A stretch of 64,000 nucleotides of DNA from Setoptus koraiensis (Eukaryota; Animalia; Arthropoda): positions 13,268,001-13,332,000 of the forward strand of contig CM106586.1 of the NCBI GenBank assembly GCA_048013815.1. Direction: 5' to 3'. Position numbers and translations under genes: made by a program. Every line of letters begins with the position of its first letter. Positions within the stretch are counted from its first letter, which is position 1. A model generated the notes under the pieces. That model saw only the letters and a program-made list of their open reading frames with translations. It ran no database searches and was not told the DNA's origin. Positions 47,718 to 61,960 of this stretch are shown in pieces.

Positions 47718-50700
47718 TTGGCCGCCAATGATTGGCGAGACACAGTCACACTGACGAGCTGCCAGTGTCAACTGAATGCCACTGCTCGCGATATCCGCGA
47801 CTAGCCGAAGCTGAGCTATTGTGACCGTGAGTCGACTTAAAAGTTATCCACAAACAGTTGCTATTGTCGCCCCTGTTATCAGCTGTTCACACATTGTGTC
47901 ATATTGAATATTAGACACAACATATTGCATCATAAATCAGCAGCTTGCTTGGTGGCGCAGCCAAATTTGCATCTGGCCGCAGCCAAACGCGAATGCAAAA
48001 TTTCAAAAATGCCAGCCGAATTTGCATTAATCAATTCATCACGATCCAGGTTTCTGCAATTTCCCTCATTTCTGTCCAGAAATAACCATTCGACGGCATT
48101 TGTCGACAAGCTGATGCTTTGCGCTGTGGCAAATTTCCAATTGATTGATTCTACAACTGAGCCCGTGCACTCGTTCCGAGGATTCGATGTCGGGATCAGT
48201 GCAAAGCTGCCTGGTATGCGGACCAACGTGAGCCAATGGAAGCGTCGATCTCGATAGAAAAACACACAGCTCGTAATTGTTGTCTGAGGGCGATAATTCT
48301 GAGCAAGAGTCCTCGCTCAAAATCATCGCTCGGCCCGCTCTATAATCCGGCAAGTAGCCGCCTGGACGATTTTTTAATCAGCCGGCCCAATCGCCGTTTA
48401 GTTAGTCAGTCAAGTATGAGACAGCTTTTGAGTTTTTTGCGAGCATTTTCTGGCCATTTTTTCCACTCTCGTCTCATCTATACGTATGAGATAAAAGTGG
48501 AGATATATATGTATTATAGGTTGCCAGTGTCTATAATGTGTGTATAATATTGCCAGTTTGATATTGATCGTTCATTGACGAGCCGATTTAGTTTTTCGCA
48601 GAGTTCGCCTATTGGCAGTGTTGCGTACTGCGGCCTACTGGCGATGGAATGTTGCGATGCGTTCAATCGGATGGCGAATGTGTCAGGTGAGCTGAATCAA
48701 GAGATGCATCGAAAATTGATTGATTGATTTTGATACTCGCCTGCTCGCCATAATAGCATTTAATACTAATGCTATAGGACAACAAGTAGGCAACACACTC
48801 GGAAACATTCATTTCAGCGTCTCGTTTTGGCGCCCCAAACGGCTGCCAATGGATACTCGTGAATGAATGCTCTTGAATTATTATTATTATTGCATCGATT
48901 ACGAGATTGCAACAATAATAATACTGATAATGATAAGACGACGAGCGAAGCCAGTTTACAGTTGCGTGAAATGGTAACAAGAAGAAGCTGGCATCGCTTA
49001 TCCGTTTGTGTATCGGCCAGCACTACTCGCCAGCGACGGCTATCAACATGGCATCGGCAGGCTCGTACGAAGCTGCCAATGTTCTGCAAATATCTGCCAT
49101 AATCACAGGCAATATCAGCGCGCCAGCTCGGGCTAATCTTAATTGATGATTATCTTGGCCAACGATGGGCCTGAGCTGTTGCCGTGGTGGTTGTTGCTGT
49201 CGTTGTTGTTGTTGTTGTTGTTGTGCAATCGATAGCCGGTTGCTGGCAACAAGCTCGCAACGCCCGAGCCACGCAATAATGTAAATGTTGTTGGGCGAGC
49301 TCAATTCATCAGATGCTGAACTTGACCATGAGGATGCCTTCGCTCGTTTGTTGTTGTTGTTAAAAAAAGAATCGACTCGACGTGGCTCGAATCGGATTGC
49401 GTCGAATTGGATTGGATCGAATCGGCTCGAATCGGCTCGAATCAAATCGAATCGAATCGAATGAAACAAATGGAAAATGGCGAACTTGACTCGAGCGCAA
49501 CCTGTTCCATTAACGAAGTCACTCAAAGTCGCCATTCAGCCATTCATAATGTGCCAGCCTCAAGAGCGACACACCGATTCTCAACGAGCCAACAAGCGAC
49601 TGCCACATCGCTGTTTCGTTGAGTTGTATGCCATGCCAACCAAATCTAAGAGTGAGTCGATGTGTGCGTCGCATTGGCCGAGCGCGGCGAACACATTACG
49701 ATTCGCAGCTCACCTGAGCGAATGCGATTCGCAGCTCAGGTGAGCCTCGAACGCAATGTGTTCTCTCCAGTGTGTATATGGATATATTGTTGCTGTTCGT
49801 GCAACAATATATCCAACACAAACACGGCGTTTTGTGCCTTCGAAACGCACACATTGAATCGCCTGTGTGTGCCCGGTCGCAAGCGGCAAGTATCGCAACA
49901 ACAGCACTCAAAATGATCAATGGTCTTGAGCGATCTCGAGCTCGAGTCGCGAGAAGCGACCAGAGCGACGAGAAGCGACGAGAGCGACATGTAGAGAGCG
50001 CATCCCAGGTGAAGCGAGCGGCCAACGGCGACAGGCTCGCCGCGAGCCGAGGAATTTCAAGTGGCTTCCTGATCCACTTGCCATTCAACAGCCTAACAGG
50101 CCGTTCGAGAGCGACCATCAACGCACAACGAGTGCCAGCCAAAGAAGCGCCGAGAATCGGTTGCTTACATAACTAACGCTGGCACGTTGCTCGTGCCAGA
50201 GAATCGTGCTCAGCCGAGTCGGGGAATTTTAACTTTTGCCACCGACATTGTTCATGCTGCTGGTGCGCGTATGAATGTTGCCAGTCAGAAACAATGGTCT
50301 GGCCGCGCCAGTCAAGAGGCCAGTGCCAGTGCAAAAGTTAAAAAAACAATTTCAACTCGGCGATCAAGTTCAAGAGGAAAGAAGCCTCCGTGCTCGTCGT
50401 TGTCAATTGTTTACAGACGCAGCCCAATCAAAACATTTACTTAAGCCCGGCACCGATTTGATTCTCAAGTATTGACTTTGTCTGCCTCCATTCAATTTGA
50501 TTTTTCTCGAATGTCTGTCATTTCGTTGAGTTTGTTTCATTGAGTTCGTTTCTCGCGATTCGCTTGGTCGCGTTGACTCTGTGCACAGTGAGTTTGTTTC
50601 TCGAGTTTGTTCGAGTTTGTCCAATAACTTGTGCGCGATAAAATTGTGATCCCATCTCACCGCGGCCAGCCAGTAGCCGAGGGGCGCCTGTTAGCGGATA

Positions 50701-53700
50701 AAGAGCAAACAAATAATCAAGTTGGTCAATGAATTATGATCATTGCCAATAATCCAACTCGTTGCCGACTAGCGGCCGGCCATAGAAACACAAACAGGCA
50801 AACAAACAGACAAACTTCCGTTTTGTATTAGCGATAGAAGCTGGAATATAGAGAAGAAATAAAAACAAACAGTTGTTGTGATTTCAAATTGTTGATGCTG
50901 ATTGGTAAGTGTTGATTTGCGACGTTGCACACAAAAAAAAAGCGCCCACCAAAACCGAGCCGCTTCGACAAACTGCAATGAAAATTGAAACAGAAATCGA
51001 AATCAAAATTGCAATCTCTCAGTCTTTGTGTATTTGTCGTGAGTGTTGTGACAACACTCGATGCACATAATTAATTGCCCGCTCACGATGGTGAATGGAC
51101 AAAAACTGTTGTTTGTTTGGCAGCTTAAAAGCCAATCTCGGGTCGCGATCTGGCAGCGTGCATGCTGAAAAATGGCTCAATAAAGTCGGACAAAATAAAA
51201 AATTTCCTCACCGGGGCAAAGGTGCGACAAGTGAACTAATTAATTATTCATTTCGTCGTGCGTTCACCGTGCACCTCGCAGCCTGCAAGTATCAGAGTAT
51301 TTCGGCCATTCGGAGATAATTTCGGTCATTCGGAGATAATTTTGGTCATTTGGGGATTGCAGCGTAGCGCGAACAGCAGGCAATGCCCACATTGCCGCCA
51401 GTCTTGGAGTTAGCGGGCCCAGTGGGCCATTGGTTGGTCCCGAGCAGGCAATTTTCCCGGTTTGCAGTGTGCCGCAGCCTGAAATTGGCCCCATTTGCCG
51501 GGTTGGCCGGTTTGGCGGATTAGGTGAACTAGGCGGACAGCAAGCAAGTAAACAACAACGGTGACCAGCATTGGAGTGGCAATGATGCATCAGATCAGGT
51601 TGTGCCATTTCCGTTGACAAAGTAACGCTCGCGATGACAATCAAAGTGGCAAACAAAGAGGTCGCTTTTGTTTCTTATTGCGCTTTCTCGCCACTGAGGC
51701 TGCTCACTCTTTTGTCGACAAAACAATAAGCTCTCCCCTCACTGCAATATATAATAGTTTGTTATGTAACACACATATGTACAAATGACATTAGTTATGT
51801 AAGCTGCACAGGCTGGCAAAGCAAAAGTTGGCGCGAGCTGTCAGTGTGTCAAACTGTGTTGCGATATTGACCAAACGAGCTGATATAATGCAAACTGCCA
51901 CCAGGTGCCTATAATAGGGGTGCCATTATTGCGCAACTTGTTTGTTTTGGTGCGACGTTGTTTGACAAGTGAGTAGTAAAGTGAAAAAGTCGAGACACAC
52001 ATAGAGAAAAAGGAGCTGACATACACAGTTTGTAATTGCCGGCGATCCATCTTGCTGTCTGACTTGCTGGCTCATTTGGGCCTGTCTATATCGTGTTGTA
52101 TCTATACACTGTTATTATGTCTCGCCGTAGCGAAAGGATTTGCTCTGTTTGCCTCTAAATTGATCTAAATTACCTTTGACTTTTGTGGTTTAAAACAACA
52201 TTTAGTGCAGTAATGACAATGCACAGAAATTGGACAATTTATTCAAATTGTGACCGCTCTCAACAATAATTTGTCTAGCCAATTTGTGTGTCTAAGTGGC
52301 TGGTTCGCTTTGGCACAGGTTGGCACAGGTCGGCGCAGGTCGGCGCAGGTCGGCACAGGTCGGCACAGGTCGGCACAGGTCGGCGTTGGTTGGCATTGGT
52401 GTATCGAGCAAAGGTCATGCCGGCCACCAGAATATATTGCAATATTCATGTTGAATAATTGGCAAGCGCTATTGCGACTGATTGTGATACGACTGGCGTA
52501 TATTACATAACGGTGACGCCATTTGAGTGGCCAACGTTTGAGTGGCCAACGTTTGAAATTTGTCCAACGGTGCGGCTGAAACTGGAACAAGTGTTGCGAT
52601 TGGCCACACTCGTCCAATGGCCCAATGGCCCAATGGCAACACTGGCCCTCACATAGGCAAGCAATTGCGAGTAATATACTCGTTACTTGTTCGTGCAATC
52701 AATGATTGGGCCAGCGTCAAAACACTTGGCCAGTCAAAACACTTTATTAAGTAATGTTTGACAAGCAAGCAAACACAACAAACAATAAACTGCCCATTGA
52801 TGTGATTATAAACATATCCATCCAATCCATTAGTTTCATCCATGCACAGCTCACAACTTGTCTCCCTCTCGTTCATGCTCGTTATAACTCCATATCTCTA
52901 TATCTGGCTCACAAGTCAATCGCAAGCAAGTGCAGTTACATAATAACCAGAGTCATTGTTGCTGTTGCTGTTGCTGCAAATTGACTGCTGAAATGGCCGG
53001 CTCCATTGGCCAGTCATCATCAATCATCGTCGCTGCCATACACGCTGGCCTGTGTGCCAGCAAACTGGCAAATAATACAGTAAGTATCGCATCAGCAACA
53101 ATCACAATTATCACAATATTATTATTTATTATATAATGTTCAATGAATGGCAAAATCATTACATAACATCGCCGGCCAGCCACGATGATGCACACCGACA
53201 ACGGTCGCTGACCTCAACTAATTGTGGTTGTTGTTGTTGTTGTTGCTATGATATGATCATTACGACAACATATCGTGGGGGTCAATGTCGACCAATATAT
53301 ATTCATTGCTCGTTGATCGACAAACCGGGTTTAGCTCACAATTACACCTGTCAGAATGCGCAAAATGTCAGCATGTTACGCCAGAGCCATTGAGCCAACA
53401 CTATTCATGGACACTAATTGATATTCACTCATCGATTCGGTTCGCTTGCCTCATTCATCCATTCGCTTATACAGTTTACATTGTGTTGCACTCGATTGTA
53501 GAGAGACCTCGCATAGTTAACAAGTGCGCTCGAGTTCACGCGTGAATAGTCTTCTGGCCTCTATGAGATTCGCATCGATATTGAATCATTTGCATTTGCG
53601 TTTACAACCGACAACTTTGTCCCATTTCTGCGACATTTGTGAGCATCAGCTGAGCTGACAATCAGCAATTGATCAGCCTCATTGGTCTATAAATTTTGCC

Positions 53701-55400
53701 ATACGACCTAAATGGACACAAATCATAAGTCACGATGAGCAGCTCACGAGTTGTCACCCGTTAGCTGGCGTCCATCTGATTGGATTTGGCTGCAGCTGAT
53801 TGATTGGGTCAATCAAAAGATTATCATCTGTTGTAGAGGAGATTGTAGAGGATTGTAGGCGAGAAAAGACAAACCCAGAGACAAATGTCGGCCGAAAACT
53901 GCCCATGCGTTGCGTATATTTTTGATATATACATGGATGTATATCTAACAGATTACAACCACAAATGACGGGGGCACGTATGACGCAACCCAATGTTGCG
54001 CAGCGTTGAGTTGTGCAGCTGACTGCATTTGAATATGTCAGTTGACACAGTAGCGTATTTAGTGTTAATGGCCACTGATCCGATTTGATCATCTTGTAAC
54101 TTGTTCGCATTCTGGCCGCTTCGGTGCGCTGTCAGTGGTGCCGCGCGACGCCTCATTACATCATAATTGTTGTAATAGGTTAGTCAAACGCTCGACTAAC
54201 CCACGTGGACGCCAACCCAAGCGCTGGAAGCCGCTCCTTCGAAACCGCTCCGATCCTTCGAAACCGCTCCGATCCTTCGAAACCGCTCCGATCCTTCGAA
54301 AGTGATCGGTCGAAGGCGCGTTTTGCATTAAAACTGTTGTGTATCATACGCTGGCGTGTGCCATAAACCTATAATAATTGTAATCTTCTCCCCTCTGTCC
54401 AACGCTGCTCACGGCAACACACTCAGTAGCGAGAGAGAGTGTTAATTTAATCTGCCGTTATTAAGTCGACTGGCTTTGTCACTTTGGGGCCCGCTTGCTC
54501 GGTCGGTTGGGGCCGGTTCGGCCATAAATTTGGCAGCGGCAGCGCCGATAAAGTCGACGGCTAATGTAGGCCGGATCGGCGGCTTAAACGTTGTTTACTT
54601 TGTCGGCGCCACTGTCGTTTGTTGGCTGGCCTTTTATGTTTCGACTTATTAATTCTCTCAAACTGTTGTTCTGGGATCTAGCCTCTGGATATCGCTTCGG
54701 TATGGCGGCGTCTTGTTGGCGCTGGCGTGGCCAGTGTCGCCGTGAGCCAGTGTCGCCACTATCGCTCGGGTGTCGCAAAAGAGGCCAGCGAACGCAGCTC
54801 AAAAGTCACCAATGTTAGAGCCAATATGACTGGGCGCGTGCCGGTTTCGCGCTCCATCGCGCTCGCGTTGGCCCCATCTTATGGAGTCCGCAGTCAGCTG
54901 TTGCGAGCGTCAATGGGACCCATCGTCATGTGACGATGGGCAGAATTCAATTTAATCTCTCTCTCTCTCTCGCCCTCTCTGATCTGATTTAGATTGATGA
55001 AAGTTTCATCATGAAACTGTCGGCGCGACAATTGTTCGCTGGGGATTTATCATTTGGCCCAACGGCGGCTCACAGCGCGTCACACAGTCAACAATTCAAC
55101 ATTGGCCACTAACAAGTTTACAAGTAAGTTACGTAATACCACGCCAGCATAATGAACAGCAGCACACAATCATTGTATTACAATGGCGGCGGCGGCGGCG
55201 GGCATAATATGCATCGCATTTGCATATTGATGACTAACTGCAAAGGTCAACATTGTTGTTCACCTGTGCTGTGCTGTGCCGCGCTATATGGACACACAAC
55301 ACAACGCTTATGCACAATCCAATCATTGTATAATATTGTCATGTCGCTATATCTATATACTATATATTATATAATAATAATAATATATTATACCTCACCT

Positions 55401-55460
55401 ATTACGTAACTTGCGTTACGTAACTTGCGTTACGTAAGTTGCGTTACGTAAGTTGCGTAA
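55401..55460. repeat. 14-nt tandem repeat x4, each unit with a TTACGTAA palindrome
   Basis: TTACGTAACTTGCG x2 then TTACGTAAGTTGCG x2. Confidence 0.92.
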
Positions 55461-55789
55461 TACGGTCTGCCAGTGGCCGCATCACGAGCAGTTGCACAGG
55501 CAGCGTCGCCGCTTTGGGCATTGTTTGTATAAACGGAATGACAAGAGATCCCTCGCGAGTCGCGAGGGCAACACTCACTGGGCTGGCTGGCTGTTGCGTA
55601 ACAGCATGCGCGCTTCGAGGCGCCACCTTGCATTTGTGTTTCGAAGTAGCTTGTCGCGCAGTTGTTGGTGCCGCTGCTGCGCAACGACTAATTAATGCGA
55701 CACTGCGCTACTTTTGGCCAAAAACAGATCCAGGTCCAACCACCGGCCACTGACAGCCGACAACAACAACACCGCCACTGACAACGTCA

Positions 55790-55925
55790 GCAACAACATC
55801 ACCAGCAGCAACAGCAGCAACAGCAACAACAGCAACAACAGCAACAACAGCAACAACAGCAACAACAGCAACAACAGCAACAACAGCGGCAACAGCAACA
55901 ACAGCAACAACGACAACAACAACAC
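55790..55925. repeat. (CAGCAACAA)n / (CAA)n compound microsatellite
   Basis: About a dozen 9-nt units; the poly-L/VA/NNS ORFs here are artefacts of the repeat. Confidence 0.9.
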
Positions 55926-58900
55926 AGGTGAGTATGACATAACAATAATAAACAATTGCGTGCGTGAAACACATTGCGTTGTTAATGGTATTAGCATGGT
56001 GCGGCAAGCCGACACTGGCCAAGGCAACGATAGTAGCGAGTGGCAGCAGCAATGGAGCGATACAGAGCACAAATGAACAGCCGGGCCAGAGTAGATTAAT
56101 TGAAAAGTTAATCATCAATTAACTCTCGATAACAACAGTAGTGGTACGATTACATAACACGAATAATTGGCCCTGTTTGGCTTGCATTCTTTCGAGCGGG
56201 CACATTCTTTTCGCGCATACCTTGCCGTGTTGCGCTTACATGTTGTTTCGCTGTATTTTTGCCTGTATCCAATTGATGGCAAAGAATTTCGCTCGCTCGC
56301 TCGCTCGTCTAGTTATTGAATGATCGTTTATGATTGAAATCGCTCATGTCCGACGCTCGTTTTTTAGCTATATCATCATCGTCATCATCAACAGCAGCAA
56401 CAACAGCATCATCATCATCAGCAGCAGCAGCATCAAAACATTGCGAGCACGCCAACTTGTTGTTGATGGTCGCTGTCATACGGCTGCCCAATAGATGATG
56501 ATATGATGCTCACCTGTAACAAACTAACCTGCGCGCCTCTGTCATCCGGCCTGCCACACAATCTGAAATACAGTGCCGAGTCGCTCATATGAGCTCATAC
56601 GTGAGTTTATATGAGTTTATGTTGGTCAATTTTCACCTGTTTATTGCCGCTCTCAACCTGCTCGCCAACTTGATCGAAACATTTCTCGCCCGGCCGTCTC
56701 TACCTGGCTCTACCTGGCTCTACCTGGCTCTACCTGGCTCCATTTGGCTCTATCTGGCTCCATTTGGCTCTACCTGACTGACAACTGCGTGCCAATCCAT
56801 AGCGAAAAATCACTGAAAATGCAACTGACTCTCGACTTTTGACTATCGGCTCTTGACAAGCAATGACGCAATAGCTGATGATGGCATTCTGGCGCGCATT
56901 TTGACGCCACTTTGGCATTTTGGATATTATAGCGTTATTATAGCGCCCCACCAATTCAAACAGATTGCATCTGTTCGATCGATATGTCGGTGTTTCGGTG
57001 TCGATTGCCCAATGGCGATCATGTTTTGATTTGGGCGCCATCGGCACTGATTGAGCTGCCCAATTCTATTAGTGCGACCGGCAATCGGACTAACGGAAAC
57101 ACTGGCCCGTCACAAGTAACGGTCACCCTCGGAGCGTCACAGTCTGACGGGCTCTTGCAAATCTGGCGACACTTGTGACAAGCTCCGCGACTCAACTGAA
57201 ATTCTGAGTGAGCAAGCTGACGCGTAACGGGCAAAGTGGAGTGGCCGTCTAGCGGAGTTTTACTTTCTTCATCCGATTTTTTCTTTGTTCCATTCGTTGT
57301 CCCCACGTTTCAAGAGGCCAACAGGAAATTTTCGAACCGGAAACCGAAGCGGAAATCTTTTTGTCAGCCACAAGCCGACGAGCTGCCATCTAGCGGCCAG
57401 TGTGATGCCAAGCTAGCTTGTTGGAGCTAGCAATTGGAGCGTTGCGACAAGGTTTAAATTACTTTACTGTCTGTTACTTGCGAGCTTGATTTGGTGTCGC
57501 TGGTGGGCCAACTTGAGTTTCAGTTTGAGTCAAAGATGCAAATGGCCAAACAACAATGTTAACAATGACAAATAGACGGATATCGTGCCAGGCCATGCTA
57601 TTGCCAATCACAATAATGAACGAAACAAGTTGGGCAAGTTGAGAGTGCATTCAATACCGATTGATTGGCGCGGTAAGTGGGCATAAGTGAGCGGACAATC
57701 ACAGCAACCATAATGATAATTAGAATTGTCGAATTATTATTTTTGCCTCTCTCTCTCTATCTATTATCTAATAAATAAAAGCAGCCAGCAATAAAAGCAA
57801 GCGAGAGTTACGATCGCGCTTGGCGTGTGCTTTTCATTTGATTGATTTCCTAAACGATCAAAGTGTGTCATTGAGCCTGCCAGTTTCTATTATGTCTATT
57901 AGAGTATTTGGGTTATTTTAATCATTATCGAGTTATACAAAACAACAGCAGTCGATGTCAATTAGACATAAACAGAGAAATTGGCTGTTTATTGTTGGCC
58001 GAAATTGCAATTTGAGCAATTGGTCTGATTGAGATAGAGCAAATGTTGTTGCCGTTGGTCTGGTTTGTGCGCTCAACAGGGCAATAAGTAAGTTTGATAG
58101 CGCATGAATTTGATTGCCGCTCTCATTTAAATTCAATTCTATTTAATAAGAAATAATAGAATATTTTTAATATTTTGATGGATTCGTGACCCGAGAATCG
58201 AGCGAGCGAAATTCTTTTCCAGCAACTGCAACAGCAGCAACAAAGGCAACAACTACAACAGCAACAGCAACAGCAACAACGACCACGACAACGGCACTCA
58301 GCTGTCCGTGGGCTCTTTGTTAACCTGTTGCTTTATCTATCGCAACAAGATACGATTGTCGCTTATCACGTAATCTTCTCTTTGGCTCTTTGGCTCTTTG
58401 GTTTCGATCTGTTATCGTTAAACTCTATAATTCGACAGCAACAGCCGACTGGCCCACTCTGTCCGACGTTCGCTTGTTTTGTGTCGTTGTTGTTGTTGCT
58501 ATTAAATTTAATTGAGTCTCTCGCCAACAATACCATTTATTATGTTGCCGTTGTTGGCATGGTTTCAGTGGCACAACAGCAGTTAACAGTATCTAATTGG
58601 CAAGATCTAGGTGCCACCCCGCGGCTTTCTTGCACATTTTGCCAGTGTGTTTGCAAGCCAGTGTGTGTTGTTGACTATCTAGACATGGTTGCCTACGGAA
58701 TAGATTTATTTTTTATTATTGAAACATCATTTGAATGAATATGTTTTCACATGTTCAACTCACATGTTGTTGTTGAATCAACAGTGGACAACATCGCATG
58801 GCAAGCAAAACATATAACATAAAACGAGATTGGCGCCAAATATGGACGACGAGCCGGTCGAGCGCTGTAAAGTTTGCCAACGAGTCGTAAAGTGGGGCCA

Positions 58901-61806
58901 GTAGAGCGCTAATTGCGTAACAGCAACAAATAAAATAAACACACACATAAACATTCCGCTAAAGAACGATATAGAGAGAGATATATGTATAAGGTATATG
59001 TATAAGACAGAGGAGATATTCGACAATGGGCTGGTAAAAAAGTCGTCGGTCCAAATGATAGATAGAGGAAAGATTTAGCATAATGATAATAGTATCATCA
59101 AAGGAAACAAAACACAAAAGACAATAGGCCACCACCGCCGGCCTATAGGCCCTGCCAGTTGTGTGCCGGTGACACGAACAACAGAACAACAACAACAACC
59201 TGCAATATCTAGATTTGAATTTAATGACGGCCGCCGCCGCAATCTAATCTAATGACTAATGGCCAACCACTAATGACTAATGATGTCCTCTCGTTCTGGC
59301 TGTGTCTGTCGCTCGTTTCGTTGCTTGCTGGCTGTTTAATGGCGCTTTGTTGGATGTATTTGTTGGAGTTGCATTTGCTGGAAAGCAGCGCTAGCCGTGC
59401 AGCCAGCCAGTCGGCCAGCCAGAGAATCGTTAAACAGAATTAAATATTTAGAATATAAAAAGATTTAAATATCGAAGGAAAGATTTTGCTGTTATGTTCA
59501 TTTCGTTTCATTTGGTCTCTTGTGTGTGAGTGTCGAATATTGAATTGCGTCGACCAATTTGAATACTAGCAGCGCTTGCGATTATCTGGCCACGCCACTG
59601 GCCGCTGCCGATTAATAACCTGGCCATCATCTCGCACACTATACAGTATACAGTATATAGACTCACCTGTAAGGCCGCATTGTGTGAGAACGACAACAAA
59701 TATGGACAACACGAACACACACACACACACACGACAAAGGGACTTTGGCTAGATTTTAGTGGAAAGTGAGCGAGAATATTATAATATAATATAAAATAAA
59801 ACAAAACAACGCAGCACAAGTTGCATATTGATTGTGGATCTGTGATACACAAACATTGGGCCGGTTGCATCGCCGACTGTTGGCGTTGGCCGAAATTGGC
59901 CAGCAGCAACAGGGCAAGCGGCAGTGCCAGAGAACGGACGAAATGGACGAAATGGTCGGAATGGCCAGAATGGAGAAACTCCCCGAGAGGCAAACACACT
60001 GTTCGAAATGTACGAGGGATATGACTCATATCATAAGAGAGAGGCAACGGATGCGCCCCGCCGAGTTGCGCAAACTTTGTGCGCGCTAGAAAAGAGCGTT
60101 CTTTGCGCTCTCGTTCGTTTGCTGGCTGCTGGCAGAGAATTCGAAGAATCAAATTTCACCGAGAAAGAGAAAATTCTCTCTAGACCAGCAACAAGCGAGC
60201 ACCTGTCAACCTGCGCTATTGCGACTGGCCATTGTGCACTACGGCGGGCTCACCTGTCTTGTTTGCGGTTATCGGCGGCGAGCAGAGAGCGAAGAGACAA
60301 GTCGTCTCTTGTTGGCCACATTATTCGCCTATTCGCCTATTATTGTGCCCGACGGACATTGTGTCGTCTGTGGGGCGGCACATGGGCAGCGATTGGACGG
60401 TATATAGTGGCCATGGCAACCTATATCGCGAATTATGCACGCCAGAGGGCCGCCAAGTTATCACTGGCACCCTTGCCGGCGGCAACAAGCGATTGGGCCT
60501 ATACGACGCGGCCAAGTGTCGCGCGCCAAACAATGGCGCCGCCACCTTTGCACGATCTTTTGTGTTGTGCAATCGCGCAAACCGCTCGACATGCTCGTCA
60601 ATGTGAATGATACAATTTTCGACGATGATATTTGCGACGTGATTTGCGCCGCTTCGACGCCAGTCAATTTGCACCAGTTTGAACCAGTGCGTCATGTTTC
60701 GCAGCAACCATGATGGACGTGCCATGATCTCGGCACCGGCGGCATCGGTCCATCAGCGCCGATAATACAACAACAGCGGCCATAATGGCAACGATAATGC
60801 AGCTTGAACAACTCGAACAATTTGAATTGTGAGAACAATCGCGAGAAAGCAATTCTCGCTCGTCACAAACAATGACACTGATCGTGATCAGAGTGGCCAG
60901 TGGTCAGTGGTGCGCTTTCCACTCGCGATATGATTGCTCGCTGGTCGATTGTCGATGAGCACAGCTGATAATGATGCTGCAGTGAAATGGACACTAGTAG
61001 TGAGTGGTCACCAGTAGTGACAGGCATGAAAATGCACGCGTTCGACAGGTATAATCGCGCCGATGAACTTGAAAATTGAATTTCTCGCCAACTGCCCACT
61101 GTAGCGACTGTGTGTGTGTGTGTGTGTGCAAAAGTTGTCGACTCGCAATGCAAAAGTTGGAGTTTCCAAAATGATTCAAATGATTAAAAATGAGCCATTT
61201 TGAGTTGGCTCATTTTTGCGCGGTGGCAGTGGGCGAGTGGCCAAACGAGTGCAGTTACAATGCAAACAGCCAAGAATGAAGTGGATGAATGATGACCATA
61301 ACTTATTATCGTGGCCATCACTTGTTGTTTGGCGTATTGTTTGCACGTACTGGCGCACTCACTCAAGTGCTCGGACGCTGGCCCAAGGCTGGCCCATGGC
61401 TGGCCCAATGGAAAGCAACAAACTGTGCGCGCTGCCAACAGGAATTCGTATTGGCATTATATTATATTATCATGAGAGGCGCACACAATGACAATCCGCT
61501 CAAATCTAGTGAGTCCAGTGAGACTGCAAGCGACTGCCAGACGCCTGACACAGGTACCAGACGGACAGGCCGGCCGAAGAGAAAAAACAATCTATCATCA
61601 TGGATACAGCACCGCAACATATGACACACGGTCGCTTATTCGCATTTATTCGCTTTTTAGTCCGGCTCGGCTCGGGCTGGTCAGCGCTCCAACGCTCTCC
61701 GAAAACAGGTAACACGTAGGACAGGTTAATCGGCTTGCGCGGCCGGGCCAAGCCGAGTGTCCGACTCGAGCCAAACAGCAACTTGGTGGGATTTCGGATG
61801 ATTCGG

Positions 61807-61960
61807 AATCGCCCGAAATCATCCGAAATCGCCCGAAATCGCCCGAAATCGCCCGAAATCGCCCGAAATCGCCCGAAATCGCCCGAAATCGCCCGAAATC
61901 GCCCGAAATCGCCCGAAATCATCCGAAATCTCCCGAAATCGCGCGAAATCTTCCGATATC
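61807..61960. repeat. 10-nt minisatellite GCCCGAAATC, ~15 units
   Basis: Long near-perfect array with degenerate flanking units. Confidence 0.95.

Noticed and set aside
57105-57179. Two mutually exclusive 8-9 bp inverted repeats sharing one arm (GCCCGTCA/TGACGGGC and GTCACAAGT/ACTTGTGAC)
   Set aside because: Short stems are expected by chance in 64 kb, and there is no evidence of transcription.
61807-61960. Regular arrays that might suggest CRISPR or telomeric repeats
   Set aside because: No unique spacers and no cas genes; the units are not TTAGG-like; these are ordinary eukaryotic minisatellites.
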